Below, piece after piece: positions 40,554 to 50,536 of a stretch of DNA of 64,000 nucleotides. The DNA is taken from the NCBI GenBank assembly GCA_965261595.1, contig CBDHDG010000007.1, positions 1,120,001-1,184,000 on the forward strand, given 5' to 3'. A model generated the notes under the pieces. That model was not told the DNA's origin and made no database searches. It worked only from the letters and a program-made list of their open reading frames with translations. The stretch comes from a bacterium (lineage in GTDB: Bacteria; UBA8248; JACPRG01; G963555815). The position numbers were made by a program, and so were the translations under genes. The number at the start of each line of letters is the position of its first letter. The stretch's first letter is position 1.

Positions 40554-41543
40554 TTACGTTCTCACCGAAACCCCTTCCATGACCTTCCGGACCGCGTCGA
40601 CGATCTTTTCCTCATTCGGGAGGACGTAGTCCTCCAGGGGCTTGCTGAAGGGGATGGGGGCGTCGTGGGCCGCGACGCGGGCGATGGGGGCGTCCAGGTA
40701 GTCGAAGGCCTCCTCATTGATCACCGCCGAGATCTCCGCCCCGACGCCGCCGGTCTTGCACCCCTCCTCGACGATGACCACCCGGTTCGTCTTCCGGACC
40801 GCTTCGGCGATGCCCTCCTTGTCCAGCGGGACGAGCGTCCTCGGGTCCAGGACCATGGCGCTGATCCCCTCCTTCTCCAGGGTCTCGGCGGCGGCCAGGG
40901 CCTTGGTGACCATGAACGACAGGGCGATGACGCAAACGTCCGTTCCGTCCCGCTTGATGTCCGCTTTCCCGAGGGGGATCGTGTACTCTTCTTCCGGCAC
41001 CGGACCCGAGATCTTGTAGAGGGCCTTGTGCTCGAAGAAGGCGACGGGGTTGGGGTCCCGGATGGCGCTTTTGAGAAGACCCTTGCCGTCCCGGGAGTCG
41101 GAGGGCATGACGACCTTCAGCCCCGGAGAATGGATCAAGAGCGCTTCGAGGCTCTGGCTGTGCGTCGCGCCGAAGTTGAAGTACCCGCCGCTCGGCAGCC
41201 GGAGCACCAACGGAACGGAAAGTTGCCCGCCGAACATGTATCGGGTCTTGCTGGCCTGGTTGAAGATCTGGTCCATGGCGACGAACATGAAGTCGCTGAA
41301 CTGGAGCTCGGGCACGGGCCTCATGCCCATGAGCGCCGCCCCGACCGCCGCCCCCATGATCGCCGACTCGCTGATGGGCGTATCGCGGACGCGGTCCGCC
41401 CCGAACTCGTCTATCAGCCCGCGCGTCACCGACCACACGTAAGCCAGCCCGATGTCCTCGCCGAGACAGAAGACCTTCGCGTCCCGTTTCATTTCTTCTC
41501 TCAAGGCCTCGTTCAAGGCCTCCCACATCATGATCTCGCGCAT
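40554..41543 (-). CDS. 2-oxoacid/acetoin dehydrogenase E1 beta subunit
   Basis: LGEDIG, RVRDTPISE, ELQFSDF, ATHSQSLE, DPRTLVPLD, LDAPIARV. Confidence 0.95.
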   Translation of the reverse strand: MREIMMWEALNEALREEMKRDAKVFCLGEDIGLAYVWSVTRGLIDEFGADRVRDTPISESAIMGAAVGAALMGMRPVPELQFSDFMFVAMDQIFNQASKTRYMFGGQLSVPLVLRLPSGGYFNFGATHSQSLEALLIHSPGLKVVMPSDSRDGKGLLKSAIRDPNPVAFFEHKALYKISGPVPEEEYTIPLGKADIKRDGTDVCVIALSFMVTKALAAAETLEKEGISAMVLDPRTLVPLDKEGIAEAVRKTNRVVIVEEGCKTGGVGAEISAVINEEAFDYLDAPIARVAAHDAPIPFSKPLEDYVLPNEEKIVDAVRKVMEGVSVRT

Positions 41544-41553
41544 GGCGGTTTCC

Positions 41554-42552
41554 TCAGGCGAAGATGTCTTCCAGCGCCTCTTCGGGCGCGGGAAATTCAC
41601 TGGACAGGGCGAAATCGACGGCCTCGCTGATCACCCGGTCGGCCTTCGCGTTCGCGGCTTCGATCTCCTTTTTCGTCATTTTCAGGTGTTTCTCGAGCCG
41701 GAGGACGGCGTCCCGCTTCAACCAGGAGTCCAATTCCTCCTTCGTCCGGTACACGCCCGCCGGGGGATCGCCCCGGGAGTGTCCCCGGAACCGGTACGTC
41801 TTCAACTCCAGCAACGAGGGGCCGCCCCCGGACCGGGCCCGGGCCACGGCCTCGCGCACGGCCTCATACACGGCCAGAACGTCCATGCCGTCCACGACGA
41901 CGCCGGGGATGTCGTACCCGTGCGCGCGGTCGGCAATGTCGGCGACGGCTGTGCTCCTTCCCGCGGAAAAGCTGACGGCGTAGCCGTTGTTCTCGCACAC
42001 ATAGATCACCGGCAGTTTCCAGATGGCCGCCATGTTGAGGCCCTCGTGGAAGGTCCCCTGGTTGGAGGCCCCGTCCCCGAAGAAGGCCGCGCAGACGTTG
42101 GGCTTCTTTTCGATCTGGAAGGCGAGACCCACGCCGGCGGCGATGACCAGGTTCGCGCCGACGATGGGGTTGGCGCCGTACAGGCCCCGTGGCAGGTCGG
42201 CGATGTGCATCGAGCCGCCTTTGCCCTTGCACAGGCCGGTCTTGCGGCCCAGGAGCTCCGCCATCATCGCCTTGGGGTCGCTCCCCTTGGCGATGGCCGT
42301 CCCATGCCCTCTGTGGGTGGCGAGGACGACGTCCTCATTGCTCAGGTTGGCGCACACGCCCATGCTGGTCGCCTCCTGGCCGATGCTGGTGTGGATCGTT
42401 CCCTTCACGTGCCCTTCCTGGAACAGACGGTCGGCGTTCTCGTCGAACTTCCGGATGAGGAGCATCGTGTGGTGCCACTTCCGCAGGGTGGCGCCATCCA
42501 GCCGGGATGGTTTCGCCCGTGGGGCCTTTTTCGGTGTTGCCTTTTTTGCCAT
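41554..42552 (-). CDS. 2-oxoacid/acetoin dehydrogenase E1 alpha subunit
   Basis: THRGHG, GKGGSMH, FFGDGASNQG..HEGLN, CENNGY, TYRFRGHS. Confidence 0.95.
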   Translation of the reverse strand: MAKKATPKKAPRAKPSRLDGATLRKWHHTMLLIRKFDENADRLFQEGHVKGTIHTSIGQEATSMGVCANLSNEDVVLATHRGHGTAIAKGSDPKAMMAELLGRKTGLCKGKGGSMHIADLPRGLYGANPIVGANLVIAAGVGLAFQIEKKPNVCAAFFGDGASNQGTFHEGLNMAAIWKLPVIYVCENNGYAVSFSAGRSTAVADIADRAHGYDIPGVVVDGMDVLAVYEAVREAVARARSGGGPSLLELKTYRFRGHSRGDPPAGVYRTKEELDSWLKRDAVLRLEKHLKMTKKEIEAANAKADRVISEAVDFALSSEFPAPEEALEDIFA

Positions 42553-42603
42553 CGGTCGGATGCCCCTTCTCGTCTTCAAGGGAAATGGGATTCCGGGAAT
42601 CAG

Positions 42604-44112
42604 TCATGTGGCGTACGGATTCGCCTGGCTCTCCGTCAGGTCCATCCACACGGTCTTCGTCTGGGTGTAGAGGTCAATGACCTCTTGCCCGTTTTCACGG
42701 CCGTAGCCGCTCATCTTATAGCCGCCGAACGGGACGGCCCAGTGAACTTTGCGGTAGCAGTTGATCCAGATCGTGCCGGCCTTGATTCGCCGGGAGACCC
42801 GGAGGGCCCGCTTCAGATCGCGCGTCCAGACGCCCCCGGCCAAGCCGTACTTGACGGCGTTGACCCTTTCCACCAGCTCGTCCTCGTCCGAGAACCGGAA
42901 CGTGGAGACCACCGGGCCGAAGATCTCCTCGCGGGCGATGCGCATGTCGTGGCTCACCCTGGAGAAGACCGTCGGGGTGAAGAAAAATCCTGATGAGAGG
43001 GCTGGGTCCTCCGGGGGTTTGCCGCCCGTCAAGACCTCCGCGCCCTCGTCCACTCCGCTTTGGACCAGCTCACGGACCTTGTTCCACTGCTGCTCGCACG
43101 TCTGCGAGCCCATCTAGGTCTCTTTCTTTAGGGGGTCGCCGACGCGGATTTTGGACGCCCGTGAAACCAGCTTCTCCAGAAAGGCGTCGTGGATCTTTTC
43201 GTGGAGGAACAGCCGCGAGCCGGCCACGCAGGTCTGGCCCGACGCGACGAAGACCCCGCCCATCGCAGCCGTGACGGCGTCGTCCAGGTCGGTATCGTCG
43301 AACACGATGTTGGGTGACTTGCCGCCCAGCTCGAACGAGACGTGCTTCAGCGTATCGGCGGCGTTGCGCGCGATGACCTGACCGGTCGAGGTCTCGCCCG
43401 TAAAGGCGATCTTGTCCACGTCCGGGTGCCGGACCAGGGCCTCGCCGGCGGTCTCGCCGAAGCCGGGAACGACGTTTACCACGCCGGGAGGGAATCCGGC
43501 CTCTTCGACCAGACGCCCCAGCTCCAGGGCAGTGACCGAGGTGTGCTCCGCCGGCTTGAGGACCACCGTGTTGCCCGCCGCCAGGGCCGGGGCGATCTTG
43601 AAGGCCGCCATGAGGCAGGGTGAGTTCCAGGGAACGATGCACCCGCACACGCCCACCGGCTCGCGGACCGTGTACACGTGGAAGTCGCCGCCGACGGGGA
43701 TCGTCGTCCCCTCAATCTTGTCGGCCAAGCCGGCGAAGTAGTAGTACCATTGGGCCGTCGCGGGCATCTCCACGCCCGCCGTCTCGCGGATGGCCTTGCC
43801 GTTGTCGAGCGACTCCAGGCGGGCCAGCCGGTCGGCGTTCTTCAAGGTGAGGTCGCCGAGCTTTCGGAGGAGCGCGCCTCGCCGGCTGGGGGTCATTGCG
43901 GGCCAGGGGCCGCTCTCGAACGCCTGGCGGGCGGCCTTCACCGCCCGGTCGATGTCCTCCTCAAGACCCTCCCCCACCACGGCCCAGGTCTTTCCCGTCG
44001 CGGGGTTGAGGCTTTCGAAGGTCTTTCCCGAGGCAGGCTCGACCCATTCTCCCGCGATGAACAGTTTGTCATACGTCTGTACTGCCGCGTCGAGCTCGCT
44101 CGCCCTGGTCAT
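42604..44112 (-). pseudogene. Aldehyde dehydrogenase with one in-frame TAG
   Basis: PWNSP, FTGETSTG, ELGGKSP, GQTC upstream and EEIFGPV, PFGGYKMSG downstream, same frame; TAG at 43114-43116. Confidence 0.9.
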
Positions 44113-44436
44113 GCCGATCTCCTCTCACGCGAATTTTCCCACTGAAAACAACATTCTATCAAAAAACGGAATCGAAAACATGACCGGCGCACCCGGGCTG
44201 TGATGCGCCCTCCGCTTGCCCCCGTCCTTCGGAATCTGTTAATTTGAAGGGGTCCGCTGACAGAAAGCTCATAAAGAGATAGTGCCACAACACGGAGCAT
44301 GAGGTGACGCCGGGTGATGCTCCCGGTGTTCGCGGGACTCATCTCGGAATGCCGGTGAAGAGGGTGACCCGGCCCGCTCAGGGCGCCGCTGGCCCCGGAC
44401 ACACCCCCTTAAGGAACTGCATGGGAGGACATATCA

Positions 44437-45222
44437 ATGGACCTCGGACTCAAAGGGAAGAACGCCGCCGTTTCCGGAGCGAGCCAGGGAATCGGATGTT
44501 TCATCGCCCGGGCGCTGGCCGATGAAGGCTGCAACGTGGCGATCAGCGCGCGGGGAGAAGAGCGCCTTCAAGCGGCCGTGAAGGACCTGGAGGCCAAGGG
44601 GGTCAAGGCCGTGGGGATCCAGTGCGATCACGCCGCCTCCGAGGGCTGCGCCAAGTTCATCGACGAGGTCGTCGCCGGGCTCGGCGGGCTGGACATTCTG
44701 GTCAACAACGTCGGCGGGATGATCCCGGGCACGATCGACAGCGTGACGGACGAACAGTGGATCGACATCATCAACCGCAACCTGATGGCCTTTGTTTGGA
44801 CGACCCGGTCCGCGATCCCGCACCTGAAGAATTCGGCCGGGGCGAAGGTGCTCAACGTGTCGGGCATGACGGGCAAACAGCTCCTGCCGGGTGCCTTGAC
44901 GACGACCCTGCCCAACACGGCGATCATCGGATTCACGAAGGTCATGGCCGGCGAGCTGGGCAAGGACGGCATCACGGTCAACAACATCTGCCCGGGCATC
45001 GTGAACACCGAGTCCTGGGGGCCGCGGGCCGAGATGATGGCCAAGGTGCGGGGCACGACGGCGGATCAGGTCCGCCGGATGTTCTCCGATTTCACCCTCC
45101 TGGGCCGCTGGGGCGAGCCCGAGGAGATCGGCAATGTGGCCGCCTTTCTGGTCTCCGACAAGAACAGCTACATGACCGGAACGACGGTCGAGGTGTGCGG
45201 AGGATGGGCCCGGTATATCTGA
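44437..45222 (+). CDS. SDR family oxidoreductase (atypical active site)
   Basis: SGASQGIG, DILVNNVG, NNICPG; no YxxxK motif. Confidence 0.9.
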   Translation: MDLGLKGKNAAVSGASQGIGCFIARALADEGCNVAISARGEERLQAAVKDLEAKGVKAVGIQCDHAASEGCAKFIDEVVAGLGGLDILVNNVGGMIPGTIDSVTDEQWIDIINRNLMAFVWTTRSAIPHLKNSAGAKVLNVSGMTGKQLLPGALTTTLPNTAIIGFTKVMAGELGKDGITVNNICPGIVNTESWGPRAEMMAKVRGTTADQVRRMFSDFTLLGRWGEPEEIGNVAAFLVSDKNSYMTGTTVEVCGGWARYI

Positions 45223-45300
45223 CAACCCGCCGAACCCGCGGCGCTCCGGGCGGACCGGGCCTCCGCCGCTCGGCCATTCCGAAACGAAAAGAGAACCGCC

Positions 45301-46278
45301 ATGAAGATCGACGTCCAGTGTCATTTCTATCCGGATAAGGTGATCGAGAAGCTCAAGGCCCGGAGCGCGGCGCCCACCGCCATGGAAAAAAACGGCCGGA
45401 CGGTTATCATGGCCGGCCGGCACACGGGCTTGTCCTTTCCCCCGGCCATCAACGACCTGGACGCGAAGCTCGGGGCCATGGACGCGGCCGGGGTGGACGT
45501 CCAGGTTCTCAGCATCAACGTCCCCGGACCGGAGCTGGCGGGAGGTCGGGAGTCCGACGACCTGGCGGAGCTGGCCCACGACTGCCTGGCCGAGCTCATC
45601 CAAAAGCAGCCCGACAAGTTTTGGGGGATGGCCTGCCTGGGGCTGGGCGACATGGACCGCTCACTCCAAGAGCTCGACCGTTGCCTGAATGATCTGGGCT
45701 TCAAGGCCGTCCAGCTCTACTCCAATTTGCGGGGGACTCCGCTGGACGACCCGTCTCTCCATCCCCTGTATGAGCGGTGCGCGGAGCTGGACCTCCCCAT
45801 CTTCCTTCACCCCACGGTCCCGGTCCTCTCCGAGGCGGCGATGGCCGACTACAACCTCATCCCCATCGTGGGCTTCCTGTTCGATACGACGCTCGCCGCC
45901 CTGCGGCTCATCATGAGCGGAACGATGAAGAAGTTTCCCGGCGTCAAGTTCGTCCTCCCGCACGTGGGCAGCACCATCCCCTACCTGATGGGACGCATCG
46001 ACTACCTGACGGGCAGCATGCCCAACGGACGCGAGCACCTGGACGGCGAGTCGCCGAGCGAGTATTTCAAGCGGTTTTACTTCGACACGGTGTCCTCGTA
46101 TCAGCCGGCCATCGATTATTTCTACAAGCTCTTCGGCGCGGACCGGCTTTTGTTCGGGAGCGATTATCCCTGGGTGGAAATCGATTCATGCGTGGATCTC
46201 GTCGAGGGTCTCCCGGCCGATGAGGCCGAGAAGGAGAAGATCTACTCGAAGAACGCGTTGGCGCTGCTAAAAAAGTAA
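45301..46278 (+). CDS. Amidohydrolase_2 family protein
   Basis: IDVQCH, FLHP, PHVGSTIPY, LFGSDYP. Confidence 0.92.
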   Translation: MKIDVQCHFYPDKVIEKLKARSAAPTAMEKNGRTVIMAGRHTGLSFPPAINDLDAKLGAMDAAGVDVQVLSINVPGPELAGGRESDDLAELAHDCLAELIQKQPDKFWGMACLGLGDMDRSLQELDRCLNDLGFKAVQLYSNLRGTPLDDPSLHPLYERCAELDLPIFLHPTVPVLSEAAMADYNLIPIVGFLFDTTLAALRLIMSGTMKKFPGVKFVLPHVGSTIPYLMGRIDYLTGSMPNGREHLDGESPSEYFKRFYFDTVSSYQPAIDYFYKLFGADRLLFGSDYPWVEIDSCVDLVEGLPADEAEKEKIYSKNALALLKK

Positions 46279-46298
46279 CGCGCTGCGTAGTTTTGGGC

Positions 46299-46327
46299 TT
46301 GACGAATAATCCCCCATGCCCTATATT
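46299..46327 (+). promoter_or_regulatory. Sigma-70 promoter of the IS operon
   Basis: TTGACG-17bp-TATATT just inside the left IR. Confidence 0.7.
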
Positions 46328-46358
46328 ATAAGTATCAGATCACAAAGGGGGATACAAA

Positions 46359-47234
46359 ATGGACTTGGTAAAGATTTTCAGACGCTTCCCAGACCACGAA
46401 TCCTGCATCGAGCATCTTGAGAAGGTCCGCTTTGGCGATGAGCCATATTGCCCGAATTGCGGAGGGATGCAGGTTGCACGGAAGGCGGACGGACATCGCA
46501 TAGGCCGGTGGAATTGCCATGACTGCAAGTCCTCGTTCAATGTTCTCTCAAAGACCATCTTTCAAAAGACGAAAATCGACCTGCAGATATGGTTTCTGGC
46601 CATTGGTTTACTCCTGAATGCCAAGAAAAGCGTATCTTCGCATCAACTAGGGCGCGATTTAGGAATCAACCATAAGACGGCTTGGTATCTGGCGATGAGA
46701 ATCCGAAAGGCTATGACCCTTGATGGCGGCTTATTGCAGGGAATCATAGAGGCGGATGAGTGTTATATCGGCGGGAAGCCTCGCAAGGGCAACAAGCGCG
46801 ATGATGACAAGCCGGGCAAGCGCGGACGCGGAACGGACAAAATGCCCGTCATCGGCGCGGTGGAACGCGGGGCTTCTGTGGTGGCGAAGGTCGCCAATAA
46901 TGTATCCGGAAAGGGTATCCTCAAATTCATACAGAAGGCGGTTGACCCTGCGGGTTCCCTGCTCATCACGGATGAGTATCCCGCCTACAACCGAGCCAGA
47001 AAAATCATACCTCATGCGGTCATCAACCACCAAGTCCAGTATGTCGAAGGCTACAAGCATACGAACACGATTGAGGGTTTCTGGAGCCTTCTGAAGCGGG
47101 CATGGTACGGCTCTCATCACAAATACACCCTCAAGCACGCTGACGCCTATATTCAGGAGGCTTGCTTCAAATATAACACGCGCAAGCAACCCGACTTGTT
47201 CTCTGCATTCATCAAGCGGGCGGCCTTGGCATGA
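46359..47234 (+). CDS. IS1595-family transposase
   Basis: CPNC..CHDC, IEADECYIGG, LITDEY, HTNTIEGFWSLLKR, E..FKYN. Confidence 0.95.
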   Translation: MDLVKIFRRFPDHESCIEHLEKVRFGDEPYCPNCGGMQVARKADGHRIGRWNCHDCKSSFNVLSKTIFQKTKIDLQIWFLAIGLLLNAKKSVSSHQLGRDLGINHKTAWYLAMRIRKAMTLDGGLLQGIIEADECYIGGKPRKGNKRDDDKPGKRGRGTDKMPVIGAVERGASVVAKVANNVSGKGILKFIQKAVDPAGSLLITDEYPAYNRARKIIPHAVINHQVQYVEGYKHTNTIEGFWSLLKRAWYGSHHKYTLKHADAYIQEACFKYNTRKQPDLFSAFIKRAALA

Positions 47235-48694
47235 ATCGCCTGTATTATGGCGACTGCCTGACCATCATGCAGGAAATGCGCGCCGGAAGCGTAGACCTCA
47301 TTTATCTCGACCCACCCTTCAACTCGAACCGCGAATACAACGCCATTTACAAGGATGAGACTGGACGGCCCTTGCCCGATCAAATAGAGGCGTTCTGCGA
47401 CCTCTGGACACTTGATGAAGAGCGACAGCGTGTCATTAGACATATGCCCGTTATGTTGCGCGAGGCAGGCCTTGACGATGAGACGACTCAATTCTGGAAA
47501 CTATGGATGAACGCCTTGAGAAACACACAACCGCGCCTTCTCGCCTACCTCTCCTATATGGTTGAGCGATTACTACAGATGAAGTCTATTCTCAAGCCCA
47601 CGGGGAGCGTTTATCTCCATTGCGACCCCACGGCCAGCCACTACATCAAGATCATGATGGATAGTATTTTCGGGCATCGGAATTTCAGGAATGAGATTAT
47701 CTGGTCATACAAGCGATGGCCCTCTAAGAGTTCCCGATTTCAGACCATGCACGACGTGATTCTGTTTTACGGAAAAGGAAAAACAAACACGTTTCATGTC
47801 GCCTATGAACCTGCCAGTGAGAGTTACCTGAAGCGGTTCAAGGGGAAAACGCAGTATCTCGATCCGGAAACGAAAACGCGAAAAATCCCCGTGGACGAAC
47901 CCACGAAGGGCATGCCGCTTCGTGATGTCTGGGACATTTCGATTCTGGCCGGATCATCAAAAGAACGCCTCGGCTACAGAACCCAGAAGCCTCTCGCTCT
48001 CCTTGAGCGCATCATCAAGGCTTCCTCGAATGAAGGCGACGTGGTTCTAGACCCATTCTGTGGATGCGCCACAACGATGGAGGCGGCCCATAGCCTCGGC
48101 CGTAAGTGGATCGGAATCGATATCGCCATTCACGCCATCAAGCGCGTGGCGCGGATGCGCCTACAGCATCGCCTGGGCTTGGTAGAGGGCGAGGACTTCA
48201 CCATCGACGGCGTGCCTCGCAACGTGGAAGGCGCGAAAGACCTTTGGGAGCGAGACAAATACCACTTTCAAAAATGGGCCGTCGAGGAGGTGGAGGGCTT
48301 CGTTACGACCAAGCGGACGGCGGACGGTGGAATCGACGGGCGCCTTTACTTCCCGCTTCCCGATAAGCCCGACCTGCAAAGCATGGCCCTTGAGGTGAAG
48401 GGCGGAAAGAACGTCAACATAAGTGATGTTCGCGCCCTCAAGGGTGTATTGGATAATGACGATGCGCTTATGGCGGGTATCATAACCATGGAGCCTTTAG
48501 GCGCGGTGAAAGAACGGAATTTTAGACGTGATATGGCGCAGGCTGGAGATCTCATCGTGAATCGAATGGAGTATCCCCGAATGCAGATGTTGAGCGTTTC
48601 GGACATATTCGATGGGAAGCGATTTCATACGCCGGGCGTTGTTGGCAAAGGGCAAGGTTCACAAATAGCTCTGCCCGGAACCGTGAAGCGTTAG
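47231..48694 (+). CDS. N6/N4 DNA methyltransferase (beta order) with C-terminal Mrr-like PD-(D/E)xK domain
   Basis: DLIYLDPPF, TQKPLALLERII, DPFCGCATT; ADGGIDG...LEVKGG; ATGA overlap with the transposase stop. Confidence 0.9.
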   Translation: MNRLYYGDCLTIMQEMRAGSVDLIYLDPPFNSNREYNAIYKDETGRPLPDQIEAFCDLWTLDEERQRVIRHMPVMLREAGLDDETTQFWKLWMNALRNTQPRLLAYLSYMVERLLQMKSILKPTGSVYLHCDPTASHYIKIMMDSIFGHRNFRNEIIWSYKRWPSKSSRFQTMHDVILFYGKGKTNTFHVAYEPASESYLKRFKGKTQYLDPETKTRKIPVDEPTKGMPLRDVWDISILAGSSKERLGYRTQKPLALLERIIKASSNEGDVVLDPFCGCATTMEAAHSLGRKWIGIDIAIHAIKRVARMRLQHRLGLVEGEDFTIDGVPRNVEGAKDLWERDKYHFQKWAVEEVEGFVTTKRTADGGIDGRLYFPLPDKPDLQSMALEVKGGKNVNISDVRALKGVLDNDDALMAGIITMEPLGAVKERNFRRDMAQAGDLIVNRMEYPRMQMLSVSDIFDGKRFHTPGVVGKGQGSQIALPGTVKR

Positions 48695-48828
48695 ATTGGG
48701 AAGTGTAGCCCATAACTACGCAGTGCGTAAATTTTTTTTTCGTCGAACATGATTTTCATCCTCCGCTTGCGAGTTCTTGCGGAAGACATGGCGGCTAACG
48801 AGAGTTTTGGATAGGGAAATAAAACCGG

Positions 48829-49350
48829 CTATTTGCGTCCGCTCGGAAACGGCTTGGCTTCCGTCAATTGTTTCACGATCTTTCGGATGGCGTCGGGGCT
48901 TCTTGCGGCTTTCTTGCCCCCCGATTCGTTGCACCATTCCGAGACCGTCTTGTAGGCGGCGGTCTTGGTGTAGCCGTAGTCCTTGATCAACACCCGTACG
49001 GTGACTAAGATGTCCAACGTTTCGTTGATGTCGCCTACCGGGCGTCCCGGTCCGCTCTTTGGTTTAGTGCGCTGGCCCGTCGCGGCCATCATGGCGAAGT
49101 CTATGAGGATCGGTGCCGTCTTTTCATGGCGCGTCAGCTTCGGCGTCCGGCGGCAAAACTCGACTAAGGTATCCCAAGCCCACGGTTGGGACAGCGACCA
49201 GTTCCATAAGGAGGCGAGGAGCTTGTCCCGTTCCTTCGGGTCCGTTTCCTGCTCGTACCGTTGTAGGTGCCACTCGGCCTTCTCACGGCGGGGTTCGCCG
49301 TTGCAAAACTGGCGCTTCAGTTCGTCGATGTAGGCTGCGTTATCGTCCAT
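48829..49350 (-). CDS. Hypothetical protein of integrative element, possible C-terminal HTH
   Basis: Overlaps the integrase stop; GPGRP followed by helices TKTAAYKTVSEW and SPDAIRKI. Confidence 0.65.
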   Translation of the reverse strand: MDDNAAYIDELKRQFCNGEPRREKAEWHLQRYEQETDPKERDKLLASLWNWSLSQPWAWDTLVEFCRRTPKLTRHEKTAPILIDFAMMAATGQRTKPKSGPGRPVGDINETLDILVTVRVLIKDYGYTKTAAYKTVSEWCNESGGKKAARSPDAIRKIVKQLTEAKPFPSGRK

Positions 49351-50533
49351 GACGGCGCCTCCTCGGTTGGCGTCCGGCCATCGCGGTGGCGGTAATCGCG
49401 GCGGCCTGCTCGGTGGCGTCTGTCAAGGCGTCATTGGACCGGCGGACGTAGCGGTTGGCCATCTCGAGGGTTGAATGACCAAGGACATCCCGCAGGACGT
49501 AGGCATTGACCCCGGCCCCGGCGAGTGCGGTTGCCAGGGACCGCCTCAGATCGTGCAGCCGCACGTCCGGGAGCCCCGCGTGCTCGCACGCCTTCGCGAA
49601 GACATCCCGAGCGGTCTTGTAGGACACGTGCGCCCCACGTCCCGCAGCGAAGACCCAGGGGCATTCGTTGACATGCGGGAGCCGGGCCAAAAGTTCGAGA
49701 ACCGGAGCGGCGAGCGGCACCACGCGCCTCCCCGTCTTCGTGCTCGGCAGGACCACGCGCCCCGTCTCGGAGTCAATGTCCTGCCATTGCATTGAGAGGC
49801 ATTCGGAGATACGCAGGCCGGTCAAGGCCGCCACGCGGATGGCCGCCACCGGAAACGGGTGCACCTTTTCGAGCGCCTTGAGCGCGTCGCTCAGGGAGGC
49901 TAGCTCGGACGGCGCGAGCACGCGATCACGCGCCTGCTCTCTGGCACGCTCGACCCCTCGAACCGGATTAGTCTGTTGCGCTCGCCATTCCCAATGTTCG
50001 GTCAGGGTGAAGATCCGCGACAGGAACGCCAACACTCGGTTACGCAGCGTCGGTGTCTTCGCCAGCTTCGTCGCCAATTTCTCGACATGGTGACGAGTGA
50101 CCTTTGCCACCTGGAGAGACCCCAGGGCAGGCTCGACATACCGCCGCGCCTGCCGCCCGTACTCGTCCACGGTGCGCCGGGTCATGCGGCCCGCCTCGAT
50201 CCGCGCCGGTGCGGTTTCGGTGAAGAATCGCTCCAGCGCGTCGCTCACGGTGGGAGCCTCCCGCTCCTGCCGCCGCCGTTCCAGTGGATCGGCTTCGCCG
50301 TCGCGGATTCGTACAAGCTCCTTGCTTGCCTTCTCGCGGGCCGCCCGCAGGCTCATTCCCGAGCATTGCGCCAACGTCGCAAGTCGCTTCCGGCCGCCGA
50401 TCCGGTACGACAAGACAAACGCCTTGCGCCCGCTCGGGAACACCTTGCAGCCCAAGCCCGCCACCTGCGAGTCCCACAAGATCACCGGTTTAGGCCCCGG
50501 ATTCGTGTCCCTGATGATTCTCTCTGTCAGCAT
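49340..50533 (-). CDS. Tyrosine integrase with arm-binding N-domain
   Basis: LWDSQVAGLG N-domain; TGLRISE, TKTG, RLHDLRR, LGHS, NRY catalytic set. Confidence 0.95.
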   Translation of the reverse strand: MLTERIIRDTNPGPKPVILWDSQVAGLGCKVFPSGRKAFVLSYRIGGRKRLATLAQCSGMSLRAAREKASKELVRIRDGEADPLERRRQEREAPTVSDALERFFTETAPARIEAGRMTRRTVDEYGRQARRYVEPALGSLQVAKVTRHHVEKLATKLAKTPTLRNRVLAFLSRIFTLTEHWEWRAQQTNPVRGVERAREQARDRVLAPSELASLSDALKALEKVHPFPVAAIRVAALTGLRISECLSMQWQDIDSETGRVVLPSTKTGRRVVPLAAPVLELLARLPHVNECPWVFAAGRGAHVSYKTARDVFAKACEHAGLPDVRLHDLRRSLATALAGAGVNAYVLRDVLGHSTLEMANRYVRRSNDALTDATEQAAAITATAMAGRQPRRRRHGR

Positions 50534-50536
50534 TGC

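Larger units (their letters stand above)
46279..48727 (+). mobile_element. IS1595-family element with passenger gene (about 2.45 kb)
   Basis: IRs CGCGCTGCGTAGTTTTGGGCT / AGCCCATAACTACGCAGTGCG enclose transposase and methyltransferase. Confidence 0.88.

Noticed and set aside
17889..43116. Genome-wide TAG reassignment
   Set aside because: TAG ends many ordinary genes here at their expected C-termini (cold-shock protein, cyclophilin, RidA, SDR)
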